Below are positions 39,101 to 53,321 of a stretch of DNA of 64,000 nucleotides, one piece after another (position 1 is the first letter of the stretch; each line of letters starts with the position of its first letter). Location: the NCBI RefSeq assembly GCF_048593235.1, contig NC_133617.1:326741988-326805987 (forward strand), written 5' to 3'. The notes under the pieces are model-generated. The model was not told where the DNA came from. It did not search any database and saw only the letters and a list, made by a program, of their open reading frames with translations. This DNA is from Sminthopsis crassicaudata (taxonomy: Eukaryota). The translations under genes and the position numbers were made by a program.

Positions 39101-42100
39101 ACTTTGTCCCTGTTAAACTTGAAATATCTATATAGAATTCAGATGGAAGAGTTGTGGAGTTTAGGAAAGGGATGAGGGCTGGACATGGAATTTTGTTTAG
39201 AAATTTTGACTGAAACCTTGGCTGATGAGATCACCAAAAGAAAGAAAGAGTTTAAGACCTAAAATAGAGTATTGGGGGGGGGGGGTTTAGTAGTAGAAAG
39301 ATGTTTTTTGATTGATAACTACAGAGAAATTAATGTTTTCTAAACCATGATCCTTAAGCAATCTCACAGTTTTTTTTGGTGATATATCAGAGGCCATCTA
39401 GAACAACCCTTTTTATAGATTAGAAAATTAAGATCTAGCAAGAGCAAGGCCAGAGAGGTAATCACTATGAAAGTTAAGCTTTCTACTTCAACACAATACA
39501 ATGCAAACAATAGTCCACTTTGATTATCTGAACTATCAGTGGAATGGTAAGGTTGGGAGGGTAAAGAGGAGAATCTAAGCATCATTCAATTTGATTTTAG
39601 TACTTCTCACATTAGAATGTAAATGTGTATGGTCTGAAGGGAATTTAATTTAAATCAAAGTATTAATCTACACTGAGGAACTGATGTATACTATCCAGAA
39701 AGCAGTTTGGCTTTCTCATCCTCAAGTGGTCCAAATCATCCCTTTAATGCACTCCATTTTAGGAGTAGTGAACATCATTCAGCCTTAATGATGTAGACCT
39801 TTAGCCTTAAAGTGGTGCTACTGTTTCTCAAAGCTTCCTGAGAGACAAAAAATGGCTATTAGTTAAGTGTTGGAATTTCAAATTGAGAGCCAAAATGTCA
39901 ACAAAGTTAGTACTTGAAGATGTTAACTGTCAAGGACCAGGAAAGCAAAATTTGCCTTTACTTGCTATACATATAAAACATCTATTGTTTAATTTCATTA
40001 AAAATGATTGGTTATTTGGTAGTTTTGCCCCTAAAATATTTCTTGGGGAATTGATTCATTCTCCAAACACTTCATCTTTGTCTTCCTTACAAGTGACTTA
40101 AGGAGATTGAGTCCCTGGAGCAGTTTTCACAAGGGCTTTGCTACTCAAATGCCCTGAATTTTCCAAGATTGGTGAAGCTTAGGTCATTTTCTTCTTTCAT
40201 ATGTATTACATCAAATAGGATTAATTTCTCACCCTTTTTATTTTTAACAGAAAAGTGCTTCCTAAAATTGTTTTATGGAAGAAAATACTTCCATCAAGTT
40301 CTTGGTTCTATTGCTAAAGTACAGTTTTTATTATTGCTTATATTTCATATTACTTTATTTCCTGAAATTAAAGGATAAATAGTCAGAACAGAAAATGATC
40401 AATGGAAACTTACCCCTCCACAAAGACAAAAAATATCTCTTGTTCCTCTTGAATTTTTCATGTTTTGTTTTGTTTTTTAACTAGAGGGATTAAGAGATAA
40501 AAGAGGAGCTTAAAGCTTTTTACTTGATTTAAATATACGAGAATGATTACTAAGTTGAGATATTTCTACCTTTTTACACTAATTGTAATATAAACTTAAA
40601 AAGTCATATTTAGCAAAAGACAGTTTTATATAGTTATAATAGTACTTCATAGTTGACAAAATCCATGCAAAACACTATGGGTATATATTACAGCCCTTTT
40701 GAAAAATCAATTTAAAGTGATTCATAATTTATCCAGCCACAGCTACTTGGGTCTGCATAAAAATCTATTTTAAGGATATGCATAAACTGGAAAACATATT
40801 GAGCATCTCAGCACCTAGTAGTAAACACAGCACCATTCTGTATTCATGTGCCAGATTTACATGAACATTGACCTTTTAAAGGATCAGCATTTGCCTTATA
40901 TTTTTGACAGTTAAGCATCTGTTGTTTTTTTTTTTAATAGCAAAGAAATGGGAGAAAAAAACCGTGATTTTGGACGTTATAATCATAGAGCTTAAAATCT
41001 AGTAATAAGATATGTTCCTTGAGGAAAGGGAATGAGCTCTTTTTTTCTCTTCTAAATATCTAAAAACTAGCACAATACTACTATACAAGAAAACTAGCAC
41101 AAACATCATTGAATGAAAATACATATTTCTTGGCTCTTTGAAAAATGAGAACATATATGGAGAAGTCATGAAAGATTTTTCACTTCTAATTGTAGTTCTA
41201 TCTAGCCATTATCTACATTCAGTTTTATCTACTCTATGGGTTTTGTGCAGTAAATTCTTAATTCCAGTAGTTCTGAGACATTTCTCCCCATGGTTCAGAG
41301 AATGTAGCCCTACTTTTAATATTATCAAAAATAAAACATAATTAGGAAAGATCTAATGCTAAAAAAAAAAAAGTATAACATGTATTGCAAGCAATAATAA
41401 AATGATTTGTGCATTATCCACTCTTTTGGATCATTAATGAAAATGCATTTAAAATGGAATTATTTAATTTGTGAAAAGAGATTTTTAAAAATTTATTGTC
41501 ATCTTCTGAAGCATATAGCACTGTGGATTGTACATAGAAAGTATTCAGCAATTTTTTGTTATGAATGGTTGTTTAGGTGAAAAGCTTAAATATAATGAAT
41601 GATGTTAATGACTTCTGGTCTCAAGCCCCTTTTCTGATAATAATACCTATAAGTCTGGAGAATAATGACTTAGTAAGGGTTACAGCTATATGTTGACTTG
41701 GATCACTAAATATGAGTTTTCTAAAGAATGTCCCTTGTCAAGTCAACAAGCATTTGTTAAAGTCTTACTCTGTGACAGGCACTGTGAAGTACAAATTCAA
41801 GAAAGTCCTTTCCCTCAAGTTGCTTAGATTCTTATGGTAGAAGACTTTAAAAAGTAAGCTACAATGAAGGGAAGAAAGGAAAGAAATAAGCATTTATGTA
41901 GAACTGCTATATGACAGGCACTAATAAGCACATTACATGTCTTATGTCATCTTTATAACAGCCCTGCTCAGGTAGATGCTGTTTCTATAGTCATTTCACA
42001 ATTGAAGAAATTGAGGTAGACAGAAGTTAAATGATTTGCTCAGAATCACAGAGGTAGTATCTGAGGCCAGATTTGAATTTAGGTATTCCTGACTCCACAC

Positions 42101-45100
42101 CCAACATTCTATCTACTGTATCTGTCTCAGGAGGAGAGAGAAGGATGCACAACAGTCACATTGAAGAGTAAAGAAAGTCCAAGAGAAAGATCAGGAAAAT
42201 AACCTGGAGAAGAATAAAGGCACTTCTTTAAGTTGGGAGGGATCACAAAGATGGAACAACTTCCAATGTAGTCAGTCCAGAGCTGGGGTGAGTTTCAAGG
42301 GTGGATAAGATTCTGAAGCACTGTAAGCAAAAGTCCAACTGGGGAATTCGGAATATAATCTGGAAGGAAAGCAGTTAGATATTAATCTGTGGATTGTCAG
42401 CATTTATTAAGTATCTGCTATGTTCCAGGCATTATACTAAGGAGACTGGGAATACAGAGAAGGGAAAAGAGTTCCTGCCTTCAAGGATTTTACACTCTAA
42501 TGGGAAAGACAGCAGGCAAATAAATATGTGTCGCAACAACCAAATTTAACAGAGGGAAAACATTAGAATTCAGAAGGATAGGGAAAGGTATCTATAGAAA
42601 GTAAAATTTTAGTTGAGACTCAGAAGAAGCTAGGGAAGCCAGGAAAGTCTTAGAAGTGGGAATTTAACATAAAAAATAGAGAATGATTTAAAAGGAATAA
42701 ACAAGTTCCATCAAAAAAGGACTTCTTGGGAAAAGTCATCAAAAAGGTTTGAATGATCACTTTGGCTACAGAAATGCCCCCTGAAAATCACCAAAAGATT
42801 TTTAAAAATCCCTTTTCCTCATAAATAAAAGAACAACCTTTGAGAAAGTTATAAATATTCTACCATTTAGATCATTATAGAAGTAGTTTCTTTCAAGCTG
42901 AAAAATAATTAGAATGAATATAAAATGTATCACTTCAGTATTTAGAATTTTTTTTTAATGGTAAAACAATCATAAGTTGCTGTTAACAACTCTGAGAAGA
43001 ATAGGAGATTCAGAATTCAGAGAATTACTGAAAGCTTATATATTAAGAGCCTTTTATGTCTTCACATTAACGATAAGATAGATGACCTTAGGACTAATAA
43101 GTCTTCTGGGAGCCTAAGTTCCCAGACAGGTATCCTTGACCTGGACCACTTTAGGGATGGCAGCTAATGCCAGGAGCTCCTTCTAAGCTCATGCCCTACA
43201 AGGATAGCCCTCTAAGGCCAGGGAACACTAGCCCATTCCCTTTACCTCAGTTCCTGAGTAACCACAATCTCCAAATTCCTACAATTTCAGTGGTCAGTTT
43301 TCTTCAACATTTACACAAATCAATGATTTATATAATGTCTCCCTACATTTTCAAAGATGTTAATACTTGAAGGAAATCAAAAGTCGCTTATATTCAGAAA
43401 AGAGTGGGAATCTCTTATTCAAGACATCACCAGAAAAAAATCCAGTCAATCTAAAAGAACTTAATAAGAGTGTCACCTGTGTGCCAGACAACATGCTAAA
43501 TACTGGAGATGACAAAGAAAGGCAAAAACACTGACTGCCCTTAAGAAACTTCCAATCTTAATGGCAGAGACATGTAAATAGATACATACAAAGAATCTTA
43601 CACAGTAGATAAGAGATAATCTTTTATCTTCTCCTCCCTATGTCCAATATGAAAATATTTATTTTAAGGAATGGAATTCCATCTTTTACCTGCTAAACAT
43701 CACTTGGAAGTAACAGGGAATTAAAAATCCTCAAAAACTAGGGCTGGGGTTTAACTTTCCAGATAACATGACCTAGAAGGGATAGGAAGGGCAGAGCATG
43801 GGAGTTAAGTGGTGGTTCCATCTAAATGGTATTGACCTCTAGAGGGACTCAGGCACAAAAATTTCAGAATTAAAAGGAACTCCAGGGGTCAAATTGACTA
43901 AGCATAGATATCTTTACCAGTTTTGTAGACAAAAGGGGGAAACAGGTGTCATCCTTTTAGAATCACAATTTTCTTGTTTCCTTAAATCTTTTTCTCAAGA
44001 AAAAGGTTAGTTTTTTATGTATGTAAGCACTGGTTTGGGAAGAACAAAAATGCAGAATGGTGATACTAGAATTTCCTAGCAAGTCTCTGAGCCAAGTAGA
44101 CAGTAACAAACTATAAAATCTTAAAATTTTGCAAAAGATAGTTGAGACTAGCTCATACAAATTTATTAATTGAAGAGGACATTTTTCTTTTGGAAAATGG
44201 TACAGTGTAGCTTTTTGTTACAGTAGCTTTAATCTGTATCTGAAGAAAAGCTCTGATATCATTCTACAGGGCACAGGAAAGATGATTCCTTTAAAGCTAA
44301 ACATTTGGGTTGCTTTTTAAAAGGTGAATCTCTATATAAGTCCAGCATCCAAGGTTTCATCCTCTTGTAACTTTGGACTTTTTGAGGCATTGAAAAAACC
44401 AGTAGCTTAATTTCTACAAATAATGGTTTTATTGGAGGAAAATTGCAGATGAAGAAGCTGATAGTATCCAAACATTGAGATTCCAGAGGAATCATTCATT
44501 TAGAAGCAGCAATGAAAATGATGACCATGCAGTTCAATGACCATTCCTCCCCTCTAAAACTTCACCTGATTAGGAACATTTCTCAGCTGGAAACCCTAAG
44601 TGGGGAAATACAAAGCTTTAGAATGGGGGTGATCTGTTTTCTCATTTGCCACTAAATATGTGGACCTAAGGATCTTGAGGGATAGTGAAATGCTTCAGTG
44701 TGTGTAATAACTAAGACTATCAATATAAATGAATATTCTCCCATTGCAGGAGAATCTTGTAGATTTTTCCTAAATACATAGAACAAAGAGCTATAATGAC
44801 TCCTTCTGGCCAAGGAGAGAGAGCAATCCTCTCCTCAGGATGTTATTTCAGAATGACAGCTGCTTAAGGCTTTGAAGGTCTTTGATCAGAATGACAGTAT
44901 GTAGCAAAGGAGCACATACCTATTTAGGCTTATGAGAAACATCCACCCAAGATCTCAGTGGAGAGTTATTTAATTATAGACAATATGAAGAATACTTACT
45001 TTCTAAAAACCTAAGGGGTAATGTGGTTTGGTTTGTCCAGTCTCAAAAGCTTTCATCTATGCTCTTACAGCAGAAAGGAATGTTCCCTCACTTATAGCAG

Positions 45101-46905
45101 CAAAGAGAAGAGAAAACATCTGACTCATCGTACCAGAAATCACGGCAATTGGCCAATGAAATGCTCTTTTCATGAGAGTCATTTGTGTCAAGTATTTGCG
45201 TTTCAGCTGTGGACTTAGGGAATAGATCTTGAAACAAGCCAAAATCTAGATAATTGTGTATACTAGTTGATTACTATTTTCTTGATCTGTATTCTTGACA
45301 CTGATATTAAATGAACAGAATAATTTTTTTTTTTTCCAGGAGAGTAGGAAAAAAAGTAAGATTACTACTATGACATGACAATTGTGTAGGCAAAGTTGAA
45401 ACATTATAACCCCTGGGTTTTTACTGTCTACCAGGGAGTCTTCACTATAACACATACAACTTGACTTATATCAAAATTAAAAAAAAAAATGTTCATGTCA
45501 CCTAGAATAGACTTTTGTCTGATTTTAAACATATAATATAGAGACTATATTAAAAAGCAGCCCTCATCAGTCATACTCTTTTGTGTGTCAAACCTCAGGT
45601 GGAAGCCACCTGTCTTTCCAATCCACTTCTCCAAGTTCTATACATGATAGTAGTTTCTGATTTGTATTTTTGTACAGTCCATACATTATTGAAGACAATC
45701 TCAGTACCTTAAATCTGTAAGACCAGGAAACAAAAATTTGGTCATTTATCAAAGAGCATGAGTTTTAATTAGACATTTTAATTTAGACCTGTTAAAATAT
45801 TCCCAGAAAAGAAACTAATAATGTAAATATGTATGATTTTCCCTGAAGATGATTATAATCAAATCCCTTGAATCTGGGCTAGACAATTGAGCTATTGAAG
45901 AGGTAAGAGATAATGAAGTGTATTTTACCTTTCCTTTCTACAAGGTCAAGTCCACTGACAGCTTTTTCTAGAAAATGGACTACAAGTAAGCCATCTAGGG
46001 AGGGGACAGATAAAATAAAATGGTTTACCCAAATAAGCCTCAGTTCCAGAAAATGTTCATTTGCAGAATATGGGTATTGTTGAGTTCTGAAGGTTTGCAT
46101 TCTCGTTTGTGATCAGAAGCTGTGAGGAGCACAGTGGGATTCTGCTTTTCTTTTTCATTCAGAAGGACACTGCAGTACACCCACCCCATAGGGCAAAGGT
46201 GGGGAAGGGGGAAACGTTACTTTTAGCCTTTCCTCCTTGCTAGCTTAAGGGGTTGTTGGCAGATAAGCATTATGTTTGTTTTGCCCAATTCTTCTGGAGA
46301 TTCTTACAGGAAAGCAGGTTTCCAACAGTTTAGGAGGCACAGCAGAAGCAATATCTCTATGTAAGCACTGGCTCTACCCCCTAAAAGGTTTCCTTTGAGC
46401 TTCTGTGTATCAGAGTGAAGCACATTTGCTTACCTTCAACTATGTTTCCCCACTCCACAATAGAAATCATTTGTTGAATGATACTTATGTCACAGTAAGT
46501 AGTCTATGGGAGGAAAAAGCAGAGTAGTTTTCTTAACTTTAAGCTTGGCAATTACAAGAATCCTAGGATCATACATTTTTTTTCCTAGAAAGGACCTCAG
46601 AGTTTTTTTATCTAGTACAATCCCTTCTGCAGATGAGGGAACTGAACCCTAGAAAGATTGGTCAAGACTACCCAGATAGAAAAGGGAATCAGGAGTGAAA
46701 TCAGCAGGGGACAGAAAGTTGGACCTGGGATTAGGAAGACAAGTTCAAATTCAGCCTCAGACCCTGATCAAAATCCCCTGACCTGTGCCTCAGTTTTCCC
46801 AACACTAAAGTAAGGATAATAATAAAACCTACTTCCTAGGGTGGTTGTGGGGATAGAAGGAGATAATATTTCTGAAGAGCTTTGCACACTTCAAAGTGTT
46901 ATGTA

Positions 46906-47053
46906 GGGGCAGCTAGGTGGTGCAGTGGATAGAGCACCAGCCCTGAATTCAGGAGGACCCGAGTTCAAATTTGGTCTCAGACACTTAACACTTCTTAGCT
47001 GTGTGACCCGGGGCAAGTCACTTAACCCCAGCCTCAGAAAAAGGAAAAAAAAT
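46906..47053 (+). mobile_element. Young full-length WSINE1 inserted in a MIR
   Basis: Intact A/B-box head with CpGs retained. Perfect 13-bp TSD aaagtgttatgta (46893-46905 and 47054-47066). Confidence 0.95.
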
Positions 47054-47200
47054 AAAGTGTTATGTAAATACTAGCTAATATTGTAGTGTGGAGAAATCAG
47101 CACATACTTTTGATAAAAATGAAGTATATAGACAATGTCATAGTTTTACCAAACTGATTTCTGCATGATGAACAATTGAGACATATTGCTTCTTGTATTC

Positions 47201-47202
<2 letters not shown>

Positions 47203-47240
<38 letters not shown>

Positions 47241-47268
47241 CCACACACACACACATCCACACACACAC
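47203..47268. repeat. (CA)n microsatellite
   Basis: Interrupted AC run. Confidence 0.95.
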
Positions 47269-50200
47269 CCATATCCTATTTATTTGAACAAAGTGACTGG
47301 TGCACATATCCTCATATTGTGGCTCAGACTGTCCTGGCTTTAAAAATTAGCCCTATAATTATCAACTTTATTATTCATGTAGCAACCTCTTGTCTCCTTC
47401 ATGTTAAATATTCTCACAAATTTATTGTTGCATTTATTCTAGTTATTATCTATACCTCTGTCAACATTAAAGGGGGTGAGGGTGAGAGGTAGTCAACTTG
47501 AGTTGATGAGAAACGTGCTGTTGGGTAAGCTTAGTAGTTAGAAAAACTCCCATCTCTCACAGAAAAAAAGCCCATGCAATCACTATAGTATCATCAGGCA
47601 ACAAAGTCTATTCTTAGATCAAGCTACTTATCAGAATAATTTTGGTGTTTTACCGCTTCAGCAGAAATGAAGGGGATTAATGGGCATCTGGCATATGTGA
47701 CTGACTCCCAAGTTATTTTCCTAATTTCCATGGCTGAATCATGAAATAGATTCATCCTTCCTGCCTTCAAAATGTTTTCTAGGACTAGTATATCATGAAG
47801 TTGTAATGAAGATCAAATGAGATAATAATATATGCATAATGCTTTGCAAAGCTTGGAATTGCCAAGAATCGTGACCTACACCATACATACAACATAGACA
47901 CCATGTTCTTCATCTCAACAAAGAAACATCTTATATCTGATTCTGAACCTATAAATTCTGGGTACCTACACAGAGAAGAGCCTATAGTCTGTAGTTGCCC
48001 AGAATTCCTTAAATTAACCATGAGTCCTTCTTAAATTATTTTAGCTTGGGTTGAGTTTCATAAGAGGACATGTGGTCCATGTAATAAATAATACTTGACA
48101 GTGGCTGCAACATAGCTATCACCTTGGAAAAGGCTATACCTAATTATTGATGCTCTCAGCCCTTGATATTATGCTTATATAAGACTGACCAGCCTTCTTG
48201 CCTATCAGACATTCTGTGGTAAAAACTAGTTGTGTTTTTGTTGGTGTTTTGCATATGTAGAAATTCATATGCAAAAGAAAAGCATAACTTGTAGCAGATT
48301 CTGTTCTTCTGAATGTCTTCAAAAAAATAAGTCAAAGAAACTTACTCCATGATACTGGGAAATATTCCAGCCTCTCCAGTCCCCAAGATTCTGAGAAATA
48401 TCCAGGCTCTTGATAATGGGAAAGGATTTACTTAACCAAATTGAAATAAAGTTGCTTAACAAATAAATTAATAGTTCGGGTTAAGTAAAAAACAACAATG
48501 AATTCTATTCTTTTCTATCTGTATTTGGACTGTCTCCTTAGCATAGTTTGTGACAATCAGAGGGCTAAGAATTTGAAATAAATTTATGTAAATGATACTC
48601 TGTTGCTCCACCATCCTTTTTTTAATCAATATCTCATCTTGTAAGTCCAGTGCAAAACTCTCAATCTCAATTCCAAATGCTTTTTCCATAATTTGGGGTG
48701 CACATGGTTTATAAATAAGCCCTTTTTTGGTATTCAAATATTACAAGATTTATTTACTGCTAAAATTTTGTTGCTTTTTTAAATGCGATTCTCTAGGATG
48801 AGACTTTAGCTTATACCTGTGAGCAGGATAATCAAATCAGATGGCATTAACAAGGAGAAGGGAAAGAGGAATAATGGAACTGAAGACTCCACAAAGAAAT
48901 GAAATCCCGTTCTTAAATTGGGGACATTTATATAGAATATTTTCTATAAAGAGTTTTTCATGCTATGATATGACAAACACATACAAAAAAGTTGTAGTGC
49001 AGCTCTTAATTTTTTTTCTAATAAGTTTATTGAAGCTTCTGCTTATAAATATGTGATATTATGATAAAATCATCACATTGGTGAAGCCATATTTTCTCAC
49101 CATGTAACCTCATGTGAGACACAAAGCAAAAACAGATTATGATTCCTATCATAAGCCTCCTCCATAATGAGATTTAATTATCAGAGAACAATGTTGTTAA
49201 TGTATTTTATTGGAAAAAAATAATAAAATCAGATGGATCTGTTTCTTGTTTTAGAAGTTATGTTGAAGTGAATCTGTCCGTTGGACTTTAGAGAACACAA
49301 GGATCATGCCATATTTTCTGGCAATATTAATTGGAAGAGTTTTTCTAGAAAATTCAAAAAAGGAAGGAAAGATAAAAACTATGCAACATGTTTGACATTG
49401 ACCTTATTTTAGTGAATTAAAATTTTCTGGAGTTCAAAGATGATGTCTATGTGCTAATGGAAGGTATTCATCAAAACGAAACACATCACTAATATCTCAA
49501 AATGCAATTAAAAAGAGGCAACACAGACCCAGAATTTCTAGAGGACTGTACTTTCAAGAGATATTCAAATAGGAGATTCTTTTCAAATTAATTTTTAAAT
49601 GTATTTTACACATCTATGGGATTTATTGCTGATCATTTGATAAATTTGTATATTTAGAAAAGATCTACTGGAAAGTTAGCCCCAGAAAGTGATGTTAAAA
49701 TTTGAATGACTATTTTTATTTTTGGCCTCGCCCAAGAAATCAGTAGAAAATCCTAGAGCTCTCCAAATTGAAAGGTGGGGGTCTTCAATTGAATTGTTCC
49801 TTCTCATAGCATGTACCTACAAGGAACCTATTTCATGATGTAATTATTTTGTCAAGTGTGAATGGGTGTTTCTTACTATATAGTATTGATTTAAAAAATT
49901 ATTACCATTATGTGTTTATATGGTTTCTGTGCCATAATTGTCAGAGGCGATGTAATTTATCCTTATTACTAGTCTGGTAAAAACAAAGGCCACATATTAG
50001 AACTACCATTTTAGTGAGGATCAAATCAAACCCAAAAGGCTAAATAATTCTTAATAATTCAGTAAACTATTCACAAAAGCAGCAATTAAAAGCCAGTTCT
50101 CCTGAATCAGGTCTTCTACTAATGTCATTATCAATTTGGTTCAATTTTTAATTTTTACTAATTGGATGTAAAATAAAATTGAAAACATATTGAGTTGAAA

Positions 50201-51163
50201 ATTATTTGACATTACTTTAACTGAATTCTTGCATTTTTATCCAGATAATTTGGTGCCAAGTCAGCAGCCTAGCAAGATTACTAGGCCATATTTATTCATA
50301 ATGCTTTTGGTATCTACCTTAATAGTGGATAAGTCCAGAACTATTTCTTGACTCTCTTTGTATTCCAGTAGCTAGCCCAGTACCTGGAACATAGTAGCCA
50401 TTTGGAAACACAAATTCTTCTAGGTTAGTTGATTGCTTGATTGATCCCTAAATCAATTGTTAATGAAGGGATAGAATCATTTTCAATGGATATTTGTGGA
50501 TACTTTGATAACAGATACTTGATAGATTCATGTGGACCTGAATTGATAAAAAGTGATTTAACTCAATTTCTATTAGGTAGCATTTCTGCACTTAATATGA
50601 TTTAGTAAATTTGGGACAATCTTTAGCATAATACTTTGAATGTAGGAAATAGTTGGCTAGAATCAAAATTTTACCAGTTCATGTTTTCTTTCAATTGATA
50701 GATTGATTGTTTGTTTTACATGTGTTTACTACTCAATGTGGTTCAGGTCTATGTTTTCCAGTAAATTCCCCATATAATAATTACTATACAGTGCATTTTA
50801 TATTGACCTTTTATAAACATTGACCAATGAGTTGCATAAAGTGAATGCTCAGTAAATGCTTGTTGAACTCCATGATTTTGTTGTACTCTATCCTTGTGAT
50901 ATAGAAATAAACTTAGGGAATATTCCTAGGAGGAATTTAGTCAACAGCACTACTTTGAGGATGTGTGCTGGCATCAGTACATGTAAATGGTCAGGACCTG
51001 AGAGATTCTCTAATCTAATCCCCTTATTTTACAGCTGGGGAAACTGGAGCAAAAAAATGGAGCACAGATCATTAGAGATTGTATTGGTACTAAAATTTAG
51101 GTTTCCTCTAGAGTGCTGTGGTTTCAGAATGACAATCCCGAAATGAGCAAAATTCTCACTCAC

Positions 51164-51164
<1 letters not shown>

Positions 51165-51197
<33 letters not shown>
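51165..51197. repeat. Poly(A) tract of about 33 nt
   Basis: Homopolymer with no recognisable retroposon body upstream. Confidence 0.9.
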
Positions 51198-51199
<2 letters not shown>

Positions 51200-52093
51200 A
51201 TGTTCACTCTGTTATATTCTTTCAATAAAGTATATACTATAGAAAGATTTTCAAAAATAAAAATTGAAAAAAATCTGAATCTTAAATGACTAGATTATTC
51301 AGCTAACTAATAATTCAACCCAATAAACATTTATTAAAAACCTCCTACATGCCAGCTAAGTGCTGGGGGATAGAATTAATAAAAAAGAAAGATAGACTAC
51401 CTTCAAAAGAGCTTAACTCTAAAGGAGGAGATATACAAAAGGAGGCAGGAAAGAGGGAAGGTGACTGGACACCAAGGAGTACCCAGCCTGGAATATATAA
51501 AACTGAAAACAGAGCATTAGGTGCACAGTGAGTGAGCCCCAAAATCCAGTTTCTGATCTTTATGAAGGAAGGCATTGGGAGGAGTTAGGTACTCAACTCT
51601 GTAGCCCTTCAGTCAGAGAGGAGAAGAGACTGAAGGAGATGATATCACTGTGAGTTTGCCAACAGCTTGGAGGGGCCACTTACTCCATAGAATTGAAACC
51701 AGGCAGAGAAGCAGATACAAAGTAGAGTCATAGCTGCTCACATTCTCTGAACATTCTAGTTAGTTAAAGTTATATACTAAATACTACATATTCATAATAA
51801 TGACTCAAAGGAGATGAAAGGTCTGAAAGTGTTTTCTGAAATTTCAAAGAAAGTCAAACTTAGCTTCATTCTGTTTTTATAAAAGGTTGTGGTTGTATTC
51901 TCATTCTTAGTGGCAATCTATTCATGCTATATAAAAGAACTTCTTCTGAATTACAGTATTACTCCAAATACAACACTCTATTTCTTGTCCAGGTTGTGGA
52001 ACAGAGAATTGGCCAGACCTTGAATTGCCTTTGTCCATTAAATTTTGGATTGTAACTTGGTCTTTTTTTTTTTTTTTTTTCCCTGGATTTCAG

Positions 52094-52416
52094 GTCTCAT
52101 TGTGCATGAAGGGGCAGCAGTTTACAGAGTATTTAAGCGCTGGAGGGCGGTTAATTTGCACTGGGATGTATTAAATTACGACAAAGCCACAGATATAGAA
52201 GAAAGTAGCCGAGGAGAGTCTTCAACAAGTAGGACATTGTGGTTGCCACTGACAGCTTTGCGAAATAGAAACTTAGTTCACCCAACACAGTTAACCTCAC
52301 CAAGATTTCAGTGTGGCTATGTACTATTACACCTGTTCAATCGAATGAGGCCCCATGAAGACTTGTCAGAAGATAACAGCTCTGGGGAGGTTGTGATGAG
52401 AGTGACTTCAGTGTAA
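52094..52416 (+). CDS. MARCHF11: MARCHF11 terminal coding exon (cytoplasmic tail)
   Basis: Long T tract then ggatttcag|GTCTC acceptor in phase 1. The 323 nt encode (G)[30 protein letters not shown]...GYVLLHLF...EVVMRVTSV and stop TAA. It contains the known YVLL tyrosine sorting motif and the C-terminal PDZ-binding motif. Confidence 0.97.
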
Positions 52417-52740
52417 TGAAAATGTAAGGATAATGCACTGTGGACCATCGAAACAGCATTTTGGAATGTAGTTGCAATGAATGGTGAAACCATAGCACTT
52501 CTAAAAACATATATGAACTTTTTAAATTTATGCTTTTTATATGAACAATGGAATTGCAAATACATTTTCTGAAAAAAAAAGTCCATTTGCTCTTTGTTTT
52601 GTGATTTATGACATCTTTTTATAAGTTGGTACTTGGAATCATTTGAAATATAATTTACATGTTATTAGTTGACACAATGAAGAAATTGATCCTTACAGCC
52701 AAAAATATTTTTCTTGCTTGTTTTAAATATATTTTTACCA
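52417..52740 (+). other. MARCHF11: Probable MARCHF11 3' UTR (end uncertain)
   Basis: Repeat-free U-rich sequence after the stop. Variant signal AATATA at 52726-52731 is followed by CA and a U/GU-rich tract. The end point is inferred. Confidence 0.45.
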
Positions 52741-53132
52741 AACTTTTTTTGCGCTATGTGTAATTTTTCAGCTTTGCAACTGAGAAAGATTTTAGGTGAT
52801 GGTTACAGACATACACTAAATTACTATTAGATTAGCGAGTCAGATGTACATTTGTAGGCACTCTTCAAATACTCTCTTTCCTCAGATTCATGATGCCATA
52901 GTGTATTTTTGGATTAATTGCCCAAGGTAGCACAGATCATCCCACACTGTGCTGGGACTAGAATCCAGGTTTCTGGATTGAAATGGGATCATTGTGCAAA
53001 ATTAAGAACTCACACATAACATGCTTTCTAATTTTAAAAAAATACTTGATATCTTTATTTAAATTTTCATCTCTGTAAAATACCCTGTGTTTTTCCATTA
53101 GTAAGCTGATACAGAATGCTACTTGTCTAAAC

Positions 53133-53321
53133 AAGGGCTTCTTAAACTTTTCCCACTAGCGATCTGTTTTCACCCAAGAAATTTTTACATGACCCCGGAT
53201 ACATAGGTATATAAACTAAGTATACAAATCAAACATTGACTCATAAGTCATAATTTCATAATTCCTACCTTCCGTTACATAACCCTATATGGGGTTACAA
53301 CCCACAGTTTAAGAAGCTTTA
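53133..53321. mobile_element. hAT/Charlie-type MITE
   Basis: Terminal repeats aagggcttcttaaact / agtttaagaagcttta. 8-bp TSD gtctaaac (53125-53132) / gtctaaag (53322-53329), fitting the NTCTAGAN-like Charlie target. Confidence 0.82.

Noticed and set aside
52045-52093. N-terminal extension [16 protein letters not shown] of ORF 52045-52416
   Set aside because: It is the intronic polypyrimidine tract upstream of the splice acceptor.
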